From NCBI GenBank assembly GCA_043228905.1, contig JBHGNT010000001.1:21514001-21578000 (forward strand): a stretch of DNA of 64,000 nt, in the 5' to 3' direction. Positions within the stretch are counted from its first letter, which is position 1; every line of letters begins with the position of its first letter. This document shows positions 25,248-38,800 of the stretch, one piece after another. Below the pieces are notes generated by a model. The model did not search any database. It was not told where the DNA came from and was given only the letters and a program-made list of their open reading frames with translations. The stretch is from Azolla caroliniana. Taxonomy: Eukaryota > Plantae > Polypodiophyta. The position numbers were made by a program, and so were the translations under genes.

Positions 25248-28200
25248 ATGGATGTCTAGACCAAACGACGACCACATCACCGAACGAGGGAGACGATACA
25301 CCGAACGCGAGCAATGACGGGAAGCCCTGCAGCAAGCTGTCGACGAGATCCGGCGGGATCGGTCATTCTCCAAAACTCTTCGGAGAGTCGCAAAAGAAGC
25401 ACTGCAGTTCCGGGTTCTGCAAATCCCCGACGAAGGCAGTAGCATAACAAGCCTGCAAGAGGCGGAAACGATACTACAGACGCTCGCCGGGGGCGACGGG
25501 GACTCGGAAGCATTCGCAACACTTGAGGCGGAGTCGGAAAGCGACGGAAGCGTTGCGTCCCGGTATAAAAGCAGCCACGACACACCAAACGACCCGGGGG
25601 AAGAGGGGTCGGAAGACTCAGTAACACCGGAGCCAGAGGAAGAAATAACCTTGGAGTTCGGTGACCGGCAATCGCCGAGGGAGGCTGACCGGATACCGAC
25701 AACACCCGCGAAGGAACCGAAGGAGCGGATACCGACAACACCCGCGAAGGAACCGAAGGAGCGGATACCGACAACACCCGCGGAGGAACCAAAGGACCGG
25801 ACACCGGCAATACCCGCGGAGGAACTGAAGGAGCGGATACCGGCACCAACCGCGGAGGAACCAAAGGTTCTCACACCGACGCCAACAGCGGACAGAAAGC
25901 AGGAGAGTCAGTTGGATGACACGATGCCGTACCCATACCCAAAGTACCGGGATGAGCCCGACGCGGAGGCACACGTGTACGCATTCCTCCAAACATGGGA
26001 AGCCAACCATGTCTCCCAAAGACTGACGGAGCCCGAAGCCGAACGATCCAAAGTCGCCGAATTCGGCATAACCTTAGAAGGACCGGCGGCCTGATGGCAC
26101 GCAAAGCACTTACCGGGCAGCTTTGCCACATTCGATGCCTTGAAGGCCAGATTCCTCAGGCTTTTTCACAGACAAGTTGAGCAAAGGGAATTGGTCGGGC
26201 AGTTCTACACCACCCGGCAGGAAGAGAACGAGACTGTGCCACAATTCATCATTCGGTTTCAGACCCTGCACAGCCAACTGACAAGAGCACCACCCGAAGA
26301 CGAAGCCAAAGCAGTCTTTTTGGCCGCGCTGAAAGAGCCACTTCGAACAATGTGCGGAGTCCTTGATTTCCAAACCAGCACAATGGACCAAGTTATTGAT
26401 TGGGTTTTAGAAATGGACAAGACTAGCCCCTTCTTGTCGATGGGGATGTTACACCGGGCACTCCCGAAGGAGGAAGACCTGAGGTTCCGACAGGCCTTAC
26501 AATGCACAACATGCCTAAATTCGGGGCACTCAACAGTAGACTGCACCCTGTAGACACAATGTATGATTTGCAACTCTCGAGCCCATACAACGGACCGATG
26601 CGAATATAACCTGTTAAATCAGCAGGCAACACCGGTTCGACACATAGAACCGCGCAATCAGAACCCGGACGAGGATCGATTCCGGAGAGACGACCGCTAC
26701 CAATGCGAACGCGGTAACAGATACGCTGATAGAAGACGTGATAACTATGACCGAGAGGAGAGACGCAGAGATAGCTACCCCCGGGACCGGTACAACCGAG
26801 ACGAATCCCCGGAATACGAACGACGCAGAGAAGAGAGGCGACAAGGGAACCGAAATTTCCGACAGAATCAGAAGCGTGGATTTTTCCGAAGAGAGGAACG
26901 TCGGGAGGCAGCGAGGAATGACAACCCGGTATCGGTACCGGATAACCGAAAAACCGAAGACGACCGCCGGAGCATACCCACCCTCCAAACCGGGGACAAA
27001 GGAGAAACGAGCAACAGTCACAAGGTGTACTGTTATTACTGCCGTAAGGAAGGCCACTATAGTAACCAATGCCCAAGCAAAACCAATGACAAGCAGCCGG
27101 AAGTCAACATGGTTACAGCCGAAATAACAGAAGTACAGCAGGTAACAACCCGATCAAAGGGAAAGACCGCCGAGTGGGAAGCCCAGGAGGCAATCAGAAA
27201 ACAAGCGGCGCAATGGATCAAGGAGGCCAATGAACAGAATGCGGTAGAAGTAAGAGACCAAAATATGCCAAAAGAGGAAGAAATCATACAGCCAGGAGAA
27301 AACCTGACGTGGCAAGCGCTACAGGACTGTCAAATCGTGCTGCCGTTAGCATGACTACTACAGTTGGTGCCACGATTTACGGCAGACTTACAGGCATCCG
27401 TGAGCAAACCGAAGCCGAAGCCAACACCGACATTCTTCTCCAACCCGGAGGAAGGACCAGCGGTGGTCGATACAAGTAGCCCGGCGATCACGACAATCGT
27501 GAAAGGAAAGGAAATTGCTGGAACGATTATTGACGGAGGCTCCGGGGTAAATGTCATCAGCCGATAGACATGCAACAACTTGGGCATCCGGGAATGGGAA
27601 CCATGCCCCTTCTGGTTACGCATGGCGGATACCAGCTCAGTCCGACCGACTGGGCTTATCCGGGATTTAGAAGTAATGATCGGAGGCCACGTATTCCGGA
27701 TATCGGCCGTGGTGCTGCAGCTGAATGTACAAGGCGCGTACCCCCTACTGCTAGGACGACCATGGCTGCGAACGGCGCATATCAAGCAGAATTGGCAGAA
27801 GAACATGATCACATTCCGGCGAGGGAAAATAAAGGTACGAGTAACGACGCAACCACGGGTGATCACCAGTAAGGAAGCAACTCCATTGTATGCGGAAAGC
27901 ATTAACATGTTGGAGGGATTACCGGACGAGGAAGTCGAGCGGTACGTCAAGGAACACCCACGAATCGTCCCACTATTTGAGGTGGATATCACGGCGGCAG
28001 TAGAACCGTACATTACGACGCCGGATGAACCGGACCAAGCGGCGATCCGGGAACTGCGACAAGCGCAGGAATCCCTAGAGAGGGAAATGACGATATCCCA
28101 AAGGGTAAAAGCATCCCAACTAGAGGAGGTGGACCTCGGCACAGCAGACAAGCCCCGACCGGTAAATGTTGCAAAGGAATTGCCGAAGGAAGAAAAGAAG

Positions 28201-31122
28201 GCAATGGTAGCATTATTAATAGACTTCAAGGATGTGTTCGCGTGGTTGTACGAAGACATGCGAGGGCTGGACCCCCAGCTCTATCAGCATCAAATTCACC
28301 TAAGTACGGACACGAAACCGATCGCTCAACGCAGGTACCGGATGAATCCGAATTATGCGGCAAAGGTGAAGGAGGAAATTGATAAGCTCCTCCGGGTCGG
28401 ATTTATCCGACCGGTCAAGCAGGCAACCTGGCTGAGCCCGATAGTGGTGGTCCCGAAAAAGAACGGCAAAATCCGAGTATGCGTGGACTATCGCAAACTA
28501 AATGCCGCAATAGTGACCGATGCGTTTCCACTACCATTTACGGACGGGGTGTTAGATGCGGTAGCCGGCCACGAAGTTTACAGCTTCCTGGATGGATTTA
28601 GCGGCTACAACCAAATACGAATGAACCCGGCCGACCAGGAGAAGACAACGTTCGTTACGGAATGGGGAGTGTTCGTCGCGGTCGTGATGATGTTCGGACT
28701 AAAGACGGCTCCAGTGACCTTTCAAAGGATAATAATGGAAATTTTCGGGGAATATATCCCCGGTTTTATGCAGGTCTTCCTTGACGATTTCGCGGTCTAC
28801 AGCCGGCACGGAGAGCATCTCGATCACCTCCGGCTGTGCTTGGAGAAGTGCCGCGAGTACCGATTGAGCCTGAACCCGGCCAAGTGCGTCTTTGGAGTGG
28901 CAAGCGGCAACTTACTAGGGCACGTGGTGAGTAAGGAAGGAATCGCGGTAGATCCGGATAAAGTCAAGGCGATTCTCGAGGCACCAACACCAAATAACAC
29001 AAAGGCTTTAAGCCGGTTCCTGGGCCAAATAAGGTGGCATAGCCGGATGATACGGCACCTCGCAGACTTCGCTACACCATTACATACCGCCGTACACATG
29101 GTACCCTTCCTATGGGCGGAGACGGAGGAGAAAGCCTACCAAGCGTTGAAGGTTATGCTGTCGCAAGCTCTGGTGGTGCAACCGCCGGATTGGAGTAAAA
29201 GCTTTCACGTCTTCGTCGACGCGTCAGACGTAGCAATCGGCAGCGTTCTGATGCAACTCACGGAGCCGAAATGGTACCGACCGGTGTACTACGCAAGCCG
29301 GAAACTCTCAAAAGCCGAACGGAATTACTCTACGACGGAACGCGAGGCATTGGGAATGGTGTATAGTGTCACAAAGTACAGGCACTATCTGCTCGGAAGG
29401 AAGTTTTCCTTCCATGTCGATCATTCGACACTACTCTACCTGGTCTCGAAGGCATCCCTGACGGGAAAAATTGCACGATGGACACTGCTGTTACAGGAAT
29501 TTGAATTCGACATTTTCCACCGACCCGGGGCGCAACATGCGGTAGCGGACTACCTAAGCAGACTCGAATCCGGAGAAGCAGGGGACGACGTCCAGGATGA
29601 GTTCCCCGACGCCGAGTTGTTCCGGATCACGACGAAACCGGCAATGGATGCAACGGTGGCCGATGAAGACACGTGGCTAACTGAGATGCATCAGTTCCTG
29701 AGCACTGGAGTACCCCCGGAGAACATGGACCGCGATGAAAGGAAAAGGGTAGCAGTAAGAAGCAGACATTTCTGCTTGGTTGGAGACACCCTCTATCACA
29801 AGGGGGCAGATGGCATCTGGAGACGAGCAGTGCGGAGTGATGAGAAGGATTTAATCCTCAGGGAAGCCCACTGTGGAATTGCCGGCGGGCTTTATGCCGG
29901 CGACGCAACCGCTTGGAAAATATGGCAGAGCGGATTGTGGTGGCCCACCACCCTAAAAGATGCCGTGAAGTATAGCAGAGAATGCGATTTGTGTCAACGA
30001 TTGGGCCAACCCATGGAGCAGGCCCGGATACCACACCACCCGGTCTTGCCTTTGGAACTGTTTCAAAAGTGGGGGTTGGACTTTGTCGGTCCCTTCAAGC
30101 CACCGGCAATGCGAACCGGAAATCGGTATGTCATAGTGGCAACCGACTATTGCACCAAATGGGTAGAAGCAAAGGCCTTATGGGACAACACGGCCGCGTC
30201 CACGGCAAAGTTTCTGTACGAGTGCATATGGTGCCGGTATGGATGCCCGATCGAGCTTATAAGTGACCAAGGAGGACATTTTCTCGGGCAGGTAGTAGAA
30301 AGCCTGACGTCATTTTACACAGTGGTACATAAAAGGAGTACTCCCTACTACCCTCAAGCCAATGGACTAGCGGAATCAATGAACAAAACTCTGCAGAACA
30401 TCCTACGAAAAATTGTCAACGAGAACCGGACCGACTGGGATACGAAATTGCAAAGCGCGCTATGGGCGTACCGAACAACGTACAAAACCAGTATCCAGAC
30501 AACCCCGTTCCGACTAGCATTCGGTTTAGAAGCGGTCATGCCGGTAGAGTTCCAGATCCCCAGCTTACGGATTTAGGTAAAGGAGCGCTTAAGTGAGAAC
30601 GAGTCCGAACGAATCCGGCTGGCGACATTGTTGGAATTAGAAGAAAACCGAATAGCCAGCTTACTACAACTCGAACTGGAGCAAAGGAGGAGAAAAGCTT
30701 TCGTGGACCGACACCGGCGTGGCAACGAAAAGGAGTTCGAAGTCGGGAAACCGGTGCTACTATTCCAGACACGGATGGGGAACATGCCGGGAAAGTTGCG
30801 GTTTCAGTGGACCGGACCGTTCTAGATCACCAAGGAGTACAATGGGTCGTATCAGCTCGACACATTGTCTGGAGATGTCATCGGCAAGTGGGCAAATGGG
30901 TTTCGGCTAAAGCCGTATAAGGGAAATATGCCAGCCAACCCGTTCAAGCAAAACCCGGAAATCCGGCAAGACGAGGAACCGACACCGACAGACGCTGCCG
31001 AAGATATCCGGACCGAGGAAGAACCGACACCGATACTACCAAAGACTATCCCGGAAAACCGACAGAAGGATCCGGTATCAGCGCGAACCGACCCGAACAA
31101 ATCGGGGGGGACCAGAAAATGA
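25248..31122 (+). pseudogene. gag-pol of element B, single reading frame broken by point stops
   Basis: ORF pieces at 25651, 26140, 26563, 27364, 27580, 30628 and 30865 share one frame. Three CCHC knuckles, PR, RT, RH and INT; no chromodomain or aRH seen. Confidence 0.95.
25686..25866 (+). repeat. 36-bp coding tandem repeat in Gag of B (ERIPTTPAKEPK x5)
   Basis: Visible in both DNA and translation. Confidence 0.9.
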
Positions 31123-31162
31123 CGTGGTCCAAACTAAAAAAATAATAATAATAAAAAATAAA

Positions 31163-31198
<36 letters not shown>

Positions 31199-31572
31199 AC
31201 GTGGGCAAAATCGACGCGAATCATAGTAGTGATGGGGAGATCACAAGAGGTGGAAGCGCCACCATGCAACGAAGAGGCGCCATGCATTAAAGAAGGACGT
31301 GCGCGTACTTGCTATTTAAAGCATGGAACGTGGGCACTCACACGCGGCAAACAAGAAAGGACATACTAATTATGGCGGGAGAGGAACATGCGCGGGAAAC
31401 GAAAAAGGGCGGCTCGAGGCAAAAGCCACTATATAAGACACAGGCTTGCGAAGGACTCACTTTTTACGAATCTTTCTACATACAGGCGCAGAAACACAGA
31501 AGAGCGATCCGACGCACAACGCACACACAGCCCGATCCCGAACAACAGACAACAGAAGAAGAATTCGAAACA

Positions 31573-34461
31573 ATGGTACTGTCGGAGGAGGCACGCCAAT
31601 GGATGAGGGAGAACGGGTTAAAAGGATTGCTGCGGATCGCCGACGCTCCACCACACGCAGAACAAGAGCAGGCGGCAGCATCGATCGATTTATCAGAATT
31701 CACGGAAGGAGCAGTGCAGGCGCTCACGGGGATAAAAGTAGGAGGGCTTCAAACAATCGAAAACCCTTCAAGTGAAATCCTGTTCAAATATTTCGGTGAG
31801 TACTCTATCAGCAGCAAGCCATACCGAACACAGGGCGGAGAGAACCTGCTGTTCGGAGAAGTGGCCCGCGCCATGATGGAATACGGATTCGTGAATCCTC
31901 GTCCCCCGGCCATAGCCAGGTACCGGGCAACGTTCTTAATAGCAGCATACGAAGGATTACAAGTAGACTGGCTCCATTTCATAACCGAAGGATTGAAGGA
32001 GGCCATCAAGAATCTTGTGGAAGGAAAAAAGCCATGGGCCGGGATAGCACAATGGCTAACGGTGTTAGTCCCACCGGTGCTCCCCATCACACAAAAGAAA
32101 AGAGGTCGGCAGGAGACGACGCCGAAAAAGGTCACAAAGCGCCGACAGATCCTGGAGAAACACACCCCCGGATGGACCCAACAAGAAGCAGAACAGCGGG
32201 GGGAAGGACCATCCCGACAACAACAGGAACCGGCAACAAAGGCAAAACCGGCAGGAAAAGGCAAAGGGAAATCGGCCGAGGAGGAACCGGTACCGCGCAA
32301 ACCAATCAATATAACGCTGCGACGGCCGGAACCGGAACCAGAGGTCTTTATACAAAAGGTCCGTCTGGTAGCCGCACCAGAGGAGGAAGCTGAAACAGAA
32401 GACTCATCCGAACCACTGGTAAGACTCCTAGCAAGACAAGGTCGGGAGAGACAGGCGAAAGGACCGGCTCCACCAGTTGACAAAACTCAGCAGAGGGCGC
32501 AAGGACCACCTCCAGTAGCCGAGGCGGAAGCAGTACCAGAACCCGTACCGAGGGAAGCAGCACCGACACCGGTTGTGCCGGACTTCAGAGAACCGGTCAT
32601 CCCAGAGAAGAAGAATGAACAAGCGCCGGAGCCAGAGAAAAGGCCGGAAAAACAGCCTAAGTTAAGGAGTAGAAGTGAGCAAGGCCACCCCGACACAGGA
32701 AGAACAAAGCCACAATGGCTGAGATGGATTTCGGAGCAGTTATCGGGAGTAGCGGACCAGTTAGAGGAAGAAGAAACGTGTAGGCAACAGCTGACGCATA
32801 CAACAACTCAGGAGTTGGTCGTGCTCCGAACACAGATCGAGGAAATGCAAGGGGAGCTGTTGCAGGCAAGGGAAGGAATTCAACAAGCACAAGTTGTCAC
32901 CGAGCCGGTCGGGACAACAAGGAAGCAACCAGAACCGGAACCGGAACCGGTAGCCTTGCAAACCGGCCCTGAGACCGAAAAAATAATAGAAACCTTACGA
33001 GAGGAGTTAAAAGCTCAGGAGGCATTAAGGGAAAAAGAAAGGGAGCAGCGGAAAGCGGTGGAGGACGACAGACGAAAAATGGAAGAAGGCCTCCGGAAAG
33101 GCCGAGCCACTAATGACCGACTGCAAGAAGAAAAAGAGAAGCTGCAAAAGGAGAAGGACCGACTGCGTCGACATGCCGAGCAGGAGATAGAACGACTACA
33201 GGAAGAACTCCGACAACAGAAGGACCAGGACGATCGGTTAAGAGCTCAGGAAAACCGACGCCTGAAGCAGAAGACGGAGGACTTCGACCGTCTCTACCGA
33301 GATCACAAGCAGGCCGAGTCGGACAACAAGAAACGGGCAGCAGACTACGACCGGCAAATAGAGAAGCTGAAAGAACAACTCAAAGAGACCCGATTAGACC
33401 TGGCTAAGGCAATGGATGAGGTCAGTGCCAACAAGGAAGCATTGTCGGCGGAAATAGCCCAAGCGACGGAGAGAAGGAAGGAATTAGAGGCGCTAAGGCG
33501 GGAAAAGCTGGATCTGACCAAGATCAGGAATGAAGAAAAGGAAAAATCGACCTTCACGATCAGCAAACTGCAAAGTACCTATGAAAAGCAGAAAGCGGAT
33601 TACGAGGCCCAGGCTCAGATAATGGCCGACATTATAAAACGGGCAAGGAAGGAAAAGCAAGAAGCTTATGCGCATGCTAAGGCGGGGGTTGACCGGATCA
33701 AGCTCATCATGTCAGGATGGAGTACCCGAGCTCAGGCAAGCATCAACGAAAGTACGGAAAAGCTATGGAAGGAGTGGTCACAACAGGCAGCCGAGTTGCA
33801 GACACTCCGAGCGGATGCCGAGAATCGGAGGAAGACCGATGACAAGTTCTACAAGATGGATGAAGAAAGTATCGTCGCCATTCGGGAAGAATTGTCGGAG
33901 GATTTCTATGCTTTAGCGGAAGAACATCTCAAAGAAATCCGAGGGTTGGTAGAGAGGTTGGATGACGGGCAGCTCGCAACTCAGTTGGAGTTGGAGAAAT
34001 ACGAGTAGGACCGGGTACGACAGGAAGCCAAGGGAAGAACGACGCCAATCACTATAAGTGAGGGAGAGCGACCGGCTAAAGTTGAACCAACCGACACCGA
34101 ACGACCCCGACGAGGAATACCCGAAGAAGAACTTCCGTTCGAAGGAGAAGAAGAAGAGCAGGAGCAGACCGATGCCGGAGAAGAAGAAGAGCTGAGACCG
34201 GAAGACACCAGAGCAGAGGAAGAAGTTGTACCGAGCCGACCAGTCGAGACTGGAGAAAGCGACACTGGTAACAGAACAGAGCCTTGAACAGAGGGAGAAC
34301 AAGAAGAACCCGGACGAAGCGGCGAGGAAGCACCGGCACCACAGAATCAAGCAGAGCCAACCCAACCGGAGGTCGGAGACCAGGCAGGCAAGGAACAGGA
34401 GGAAGAAGCACCACTTGACACCATCGAGCAGAGTGTGCTTGATATTTTGGAGGAAGAATGA
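31573..34461 (+). CDS. 3' extra ORF of element B (~960 aa, one in-frame TAG at 34006)
   Basis: MVLSEEARQW aligns with MLSEAAKKW of A; long E/K/R/Q-rich coiled coil; ends 50 bp before the 3' LTR. Confidence 0.85.
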
Positions 34462-34493
34462 GGCCGGGAGTGGATTCGAAGTGCAAGGCACTT

Positions 34494-34509
34494 TCCCATG
34501 GGCGTGCCA
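34494..34509 (+). promoter_or_regulatory. tRNA-3'-end-like motif (inverted PBS) at the PPT position of element B
   Basis: tcccatgggcgtgcca, then tg, then the 3' LTR. Confidence 0.75.
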
Positions 34510-35838
34510 TGTGTTGGCCGGTTAGAAGAGCAAGGACAAGTGGGAAGGCGGAGTCGGATCGGATAATAGGAAGTAAATAATAGTAGAATTATTATTCGGA
34601 GGGACCGATTCGGATGTCGGTTGCCTAAGCGCACCGATTGTAACCTTGCCGGATGCCTATAAAAGGATCCGATGATTTGTAAAGGGTTTGACGGAAGTAA
34701 TACAAAAGTAATTATTGCGTGTTTATCTGTATCTTCGTATTGTTTACCGTCTGTGCTTAATTGTAATCATCTTACGCGTGTAACCTAGCATCCAATCCTT
34801 ACCACCCCTTTGGAGAAGTGTCGGATAGACACCTGTGTTGAGGCTAGTCCGGCCAGGCAGACAACAGTGCTAACCCGCACCAGGCCTTCTTCCCATCAAC
34901 AACTGCTTGGATGCCTGCTCTTAATGCATCCGCCACGATTACCGACCATTCTACTTTGATGCCTTCGAATGTGGCGAGGATAAAACCGGCTCTGTTCTTC
35001 GGCATGGCTAGTGGGCGAGGGTGCACAAAATCGTATTCTAACAAAACACGAGGCACCTCCTCAAACAAGGGGTCCTCGCCGCCTTGTATGCAGTACGCTT
35101 TGCTGGCGAGGTAAAACTCCTCGAAGTAGTCTGTCAGGACCTTTGTGGAGGGGTTTTCTATGGAGTATAGTCCTCCGACAAGCAATCCTACAAGGGTCTA
35201 CACGGTGCCTTTGGATACTTCATCAAGGTCTACGATGGAAACGACCTTCTCCGGTTCTTTGTGTGGTGGCGCCTCCGCCACTGGAGGAAGCCTTCCCATC
35301 CGTGCTTGATAAGCCAATCCCTTGTCGTGCTCGATAGTGCCATCGGTCCTGTGTCTTCTTCTTCGCCTGCATTGTTGTGGTGATGTGCTTGGGGTTGGTT
35401 GGTTGCTTGTGCTTTTCTGAAAATATGTGTGCTCTACAGTGCTCTCAAAAGCCGTCTTTTACGAAATGGCAGGCTTTCGGTCATCCGGTCCTTTTGTATC
35501 CCCATTGTTCCAACTGCCTTTTCTCGATTCCCACGCATGAACGTCGTGTATGATTATAGTATGAGTATGCCACGTGGTATGCTTTAAATAGTATGAATAC
35601 GTCTTTTCGTGGTGGCCGTTCATAATCTTGAATCGTAATCTTGATGCTTTAAATGGTTGAAGGACTATTGGTTAAAGGAATATTGGTTGAAGGACTATTG
35701 GTTGAAGGTCTTTTTCTTTCTTTCTTTTATTCTGGTTAAAGGACTACTGGTCCATCGTACCTGAAGATCCCGACTCCATTGTTGGCACAGGTCCTTCCGT
35801 GCCGGCCTCCCTAACAAGAGGGGATACACTCCCTACGC

Positions 35839-38800
35839 TGTCGCGGTAATCCGCGCTTGCATGTCAGATTCGGGCGGGACTACCAGGGTCATGGACCAGG
35901 AGGGGAGGAGTCGCTGAGGACCTGAATCCTCCGGGGCTTTTCGCGTTGCCGGCCGGTTCGATCCCGGATACCCTCCGGACGCGACCGGTAACTGCACGGG
36001 AAGCGAGAGAGGGTGCCCTCGTCCTTGCCGCCCCTTTTGCCCATATGTACAAGGGGCCCAAAAGAGACACAAGACACAGCCCAGTTAAACGTGCCCGCAC
36101 ACACACACACACACACACACACCCATATACACACTCAATTACAACTGGCACCTCTACACAGGCGACCACACACGCACCCGCTCTCGGACCCTACGCTAAC
36201 CAGAGACACACACACACACCTACACACGCAACGCTCGCTGCAATACCAATTCCACGCGGAGAGGAAGAGGGAGCCTGCATCCTAGGGCCGGTTGGGGAGC
36301 TCTCGGGCTCGTCTGTGCAACGGAACCCTCGTGCAGGGCACGCCTCTTCCAGAACAACCGCCTCCTATGCCAAGCCGCCTTTAGGGAGCGCACGGGCTCG
36401 CTGAACCGAGTGGGGTCTTGCGCGCCAAGGAGGGAGACCTGCCAACGAACCACCTAGCGCGCAGGCTCTACATAAGCGACAGAAGCCAACACCTACACAC
36501 AGACTTGCAAACATGCGGGACACAGAGTGCTGGGAGCCAACGAGCAGGAACTTAGGGAAAGCACAGACACTCCGCACTCCGCTTTCCACAACCGAACACA
36601 CTGCCTATGCACGCACACATAAGACCCCGAAACCCTAACACAGAGCAGAGACAACGCACCCACATACCAAGATGAAGAGAAGACAAAAATGGACGTTATA
36701 CGCAGAAGCTTATTAACACTAAAACAGAACCTCAAAACAAGGAACAAAACTGTTTGCGACCCAACGGGTGGGAGCCCTTGTACGAGAAGCGCGCCCTCCC
36801 TTTTATAGAACAAGGTGAGGGCCGCATGATCATGTGGGATAAATCTCGTGATACATGGGATTCTCTGTCCTGACTTGACTGCTACTCCGCACCATAAAGG
36901 CACCCCTATTATTCAGACATTTTTACAAGGATAAGTGCACATGATGCACTCCGCCGATTCTTGTGATATTCCCCGGTTTCTCACTATGGCCCGGAATCTT
37001 CACGCTATCCGCCCCCACCAAATTGCACGTCCACCGGTACGTGCCAAGTTCGGCGAAGGGTGAGAGATTCTGACCGGTGAGGAAGCGGTCTTCCGTAATC
37101 CGCATTCCGGCGGTGCGTTGGCCTTGCCGGTCCGAACCGTCGACTCCGGTTCCTTCTTCGCGTTAGCCTCCTCGTAGGCTTGTTCGACCCGTTGATAGGT
37201 CATTCGCTGTGATCCCGTAGTGTGCATGCTTCCCCGTTGGCCCTATTGTTGATTGCATGCACGCTTCTCGTTCCTTCGGATACGCGGTGTCCTCCGTCCG
37301 AGGAGCACCCATGATGGCCCGCTTGACCTCTGTCGACCTTCGCATCGTCTCGATCCTCGTTCCACTCTGATCTCCACCGCCTTTGTCCCCTCGCCGCCAC
37401 CTACCTTCTCCTTGGTCTTACGTTGCCAGGACGGCCGAACTGCCAAGGTCTTCGGAACCAGTGTGGAGGATCCCTCTCCGGCCTTCTACGCGAGATCACT
37501 TGAACCATCAACCCATCTTGGTGCTTGTACTCCCGTTCTTGGCACCACCGTGTGCTGTCTTCCGTCGTCCTTGTTCGGCACCGCCTATGCCGAACACTAT
37601 CCCGTACTCGTGCTTCGTTTAGGCCCTTGATGGCCATTCGCACGTCTCTTTCTCTGCTCCCTGCTTACCCCTCACCGGCTTTCCTCCGAAATCATAACCG
37701 GTTGGTAAGGGTTCGGCCTCTGTCAGCTCTAGCCTCGCCAGCTCCCAGGCCGCTCTTCCCGCATCGTCGGGTCCCGTTTCCTACCACCACCATCCTTCTC
37801 ACTCGGTGTCACGTTGTCATGTCGGCTTGAACTGCCGGTGTCTCCGGATCGGTGGCAGGATCCCATAGGACTGTCTTTCTTTCTCTCCTCTCGTCTTTTG
37901 CCTTCCTTGTTCGGCACCGCCTGTGCCTAACACCGTCCCTCACCCGTGCTTTGCTTCGGCCCTCGATGGCCACATGCACATCTTCCGTTTTGCTTTCAAG
38001 TGTGCCCTTTCTGGCTCGACACACGGTTCCTTGACCGGGTGTCCCTCGACAGCTTATCGGAAGATCACCCTTGCCACGTCCCGGCCCGCATGGCCTCCTT
38101 CATTCACGTAATGCCTCGACTAGTCGGTGCCTCTACTGTTGCCACCTTCGTCCCCTCGCCGCCACCTTCCATTACCTTCGGTCTCACGTTGCCACGTCAG
38201 CCGAACTGCCGAGGTCTCCGAACTGGTGCGAAAGATCCTTCTTGGGCCTCCGACTCGTGTACCAAGCGCGTTCGATCTTTGTCTTGCCAACTCTGCCGGT
38301 CTGGTCCGTATCCGGTACGCGGCCACCTCGCCGGCCTCATACCTCCTTTCTCTTTGCTTTCTGCTTTCTGTCTTTTGATCACGTTCTCTTGCTGCTACCG
38401 TCTATCTCTCTAGGCGTCACGCCGGCTCTCGTTGTTGGCTGCCGGGGTCTTCGGATCGGTGTGAGTGTCTCCGTGGGACCTCCCCTTTGTTGTCTTTGGT
38501 TGCCCGCCTTGCCGCTGCTACCATTCTTCTCTCTAGGTGTCACGTCGGCTCTCGTTGCCGGCTGTCGGAGTGTCTAGAACCAGTGTGTGTAAGCTCGCCG
38601 CAACACCGCTTGCCGCTTTCCTCTCGCCGTAGTCCCGACCTCTTCTGCTGGTGACGTTCACCGCCGCCACTATTCTCTCCTATAGGACTCACGCCGGCTC
38701 TCGGGCTGACCGTCGGATCAGTGTGAGGATCCCCGTAGACCGCTCATCCGCAGTCCTTTGCCTTCGTCCCCTCGCCGCCACCGTTCGTTACTCTAGGTCT

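Larger units (their letters stand above)
24810..34866 (+). mobile_element. Ty3/Gypsy LTR retrotransposon B, young, full length, inserted in the extra ORF of C
   Basis: LTRs 24810-25199 and 34512-34866 differ by about 3 substitutions and a 35-bp deletion at ggac microhomology; TSD gtgct. Confidence 0.97.

Noticed and set aside
31309-31572. N-terminal 88 aa of the 899-aa ORF
   Set aside because: Not conserved in A or C; homology starts at ATG 31573.
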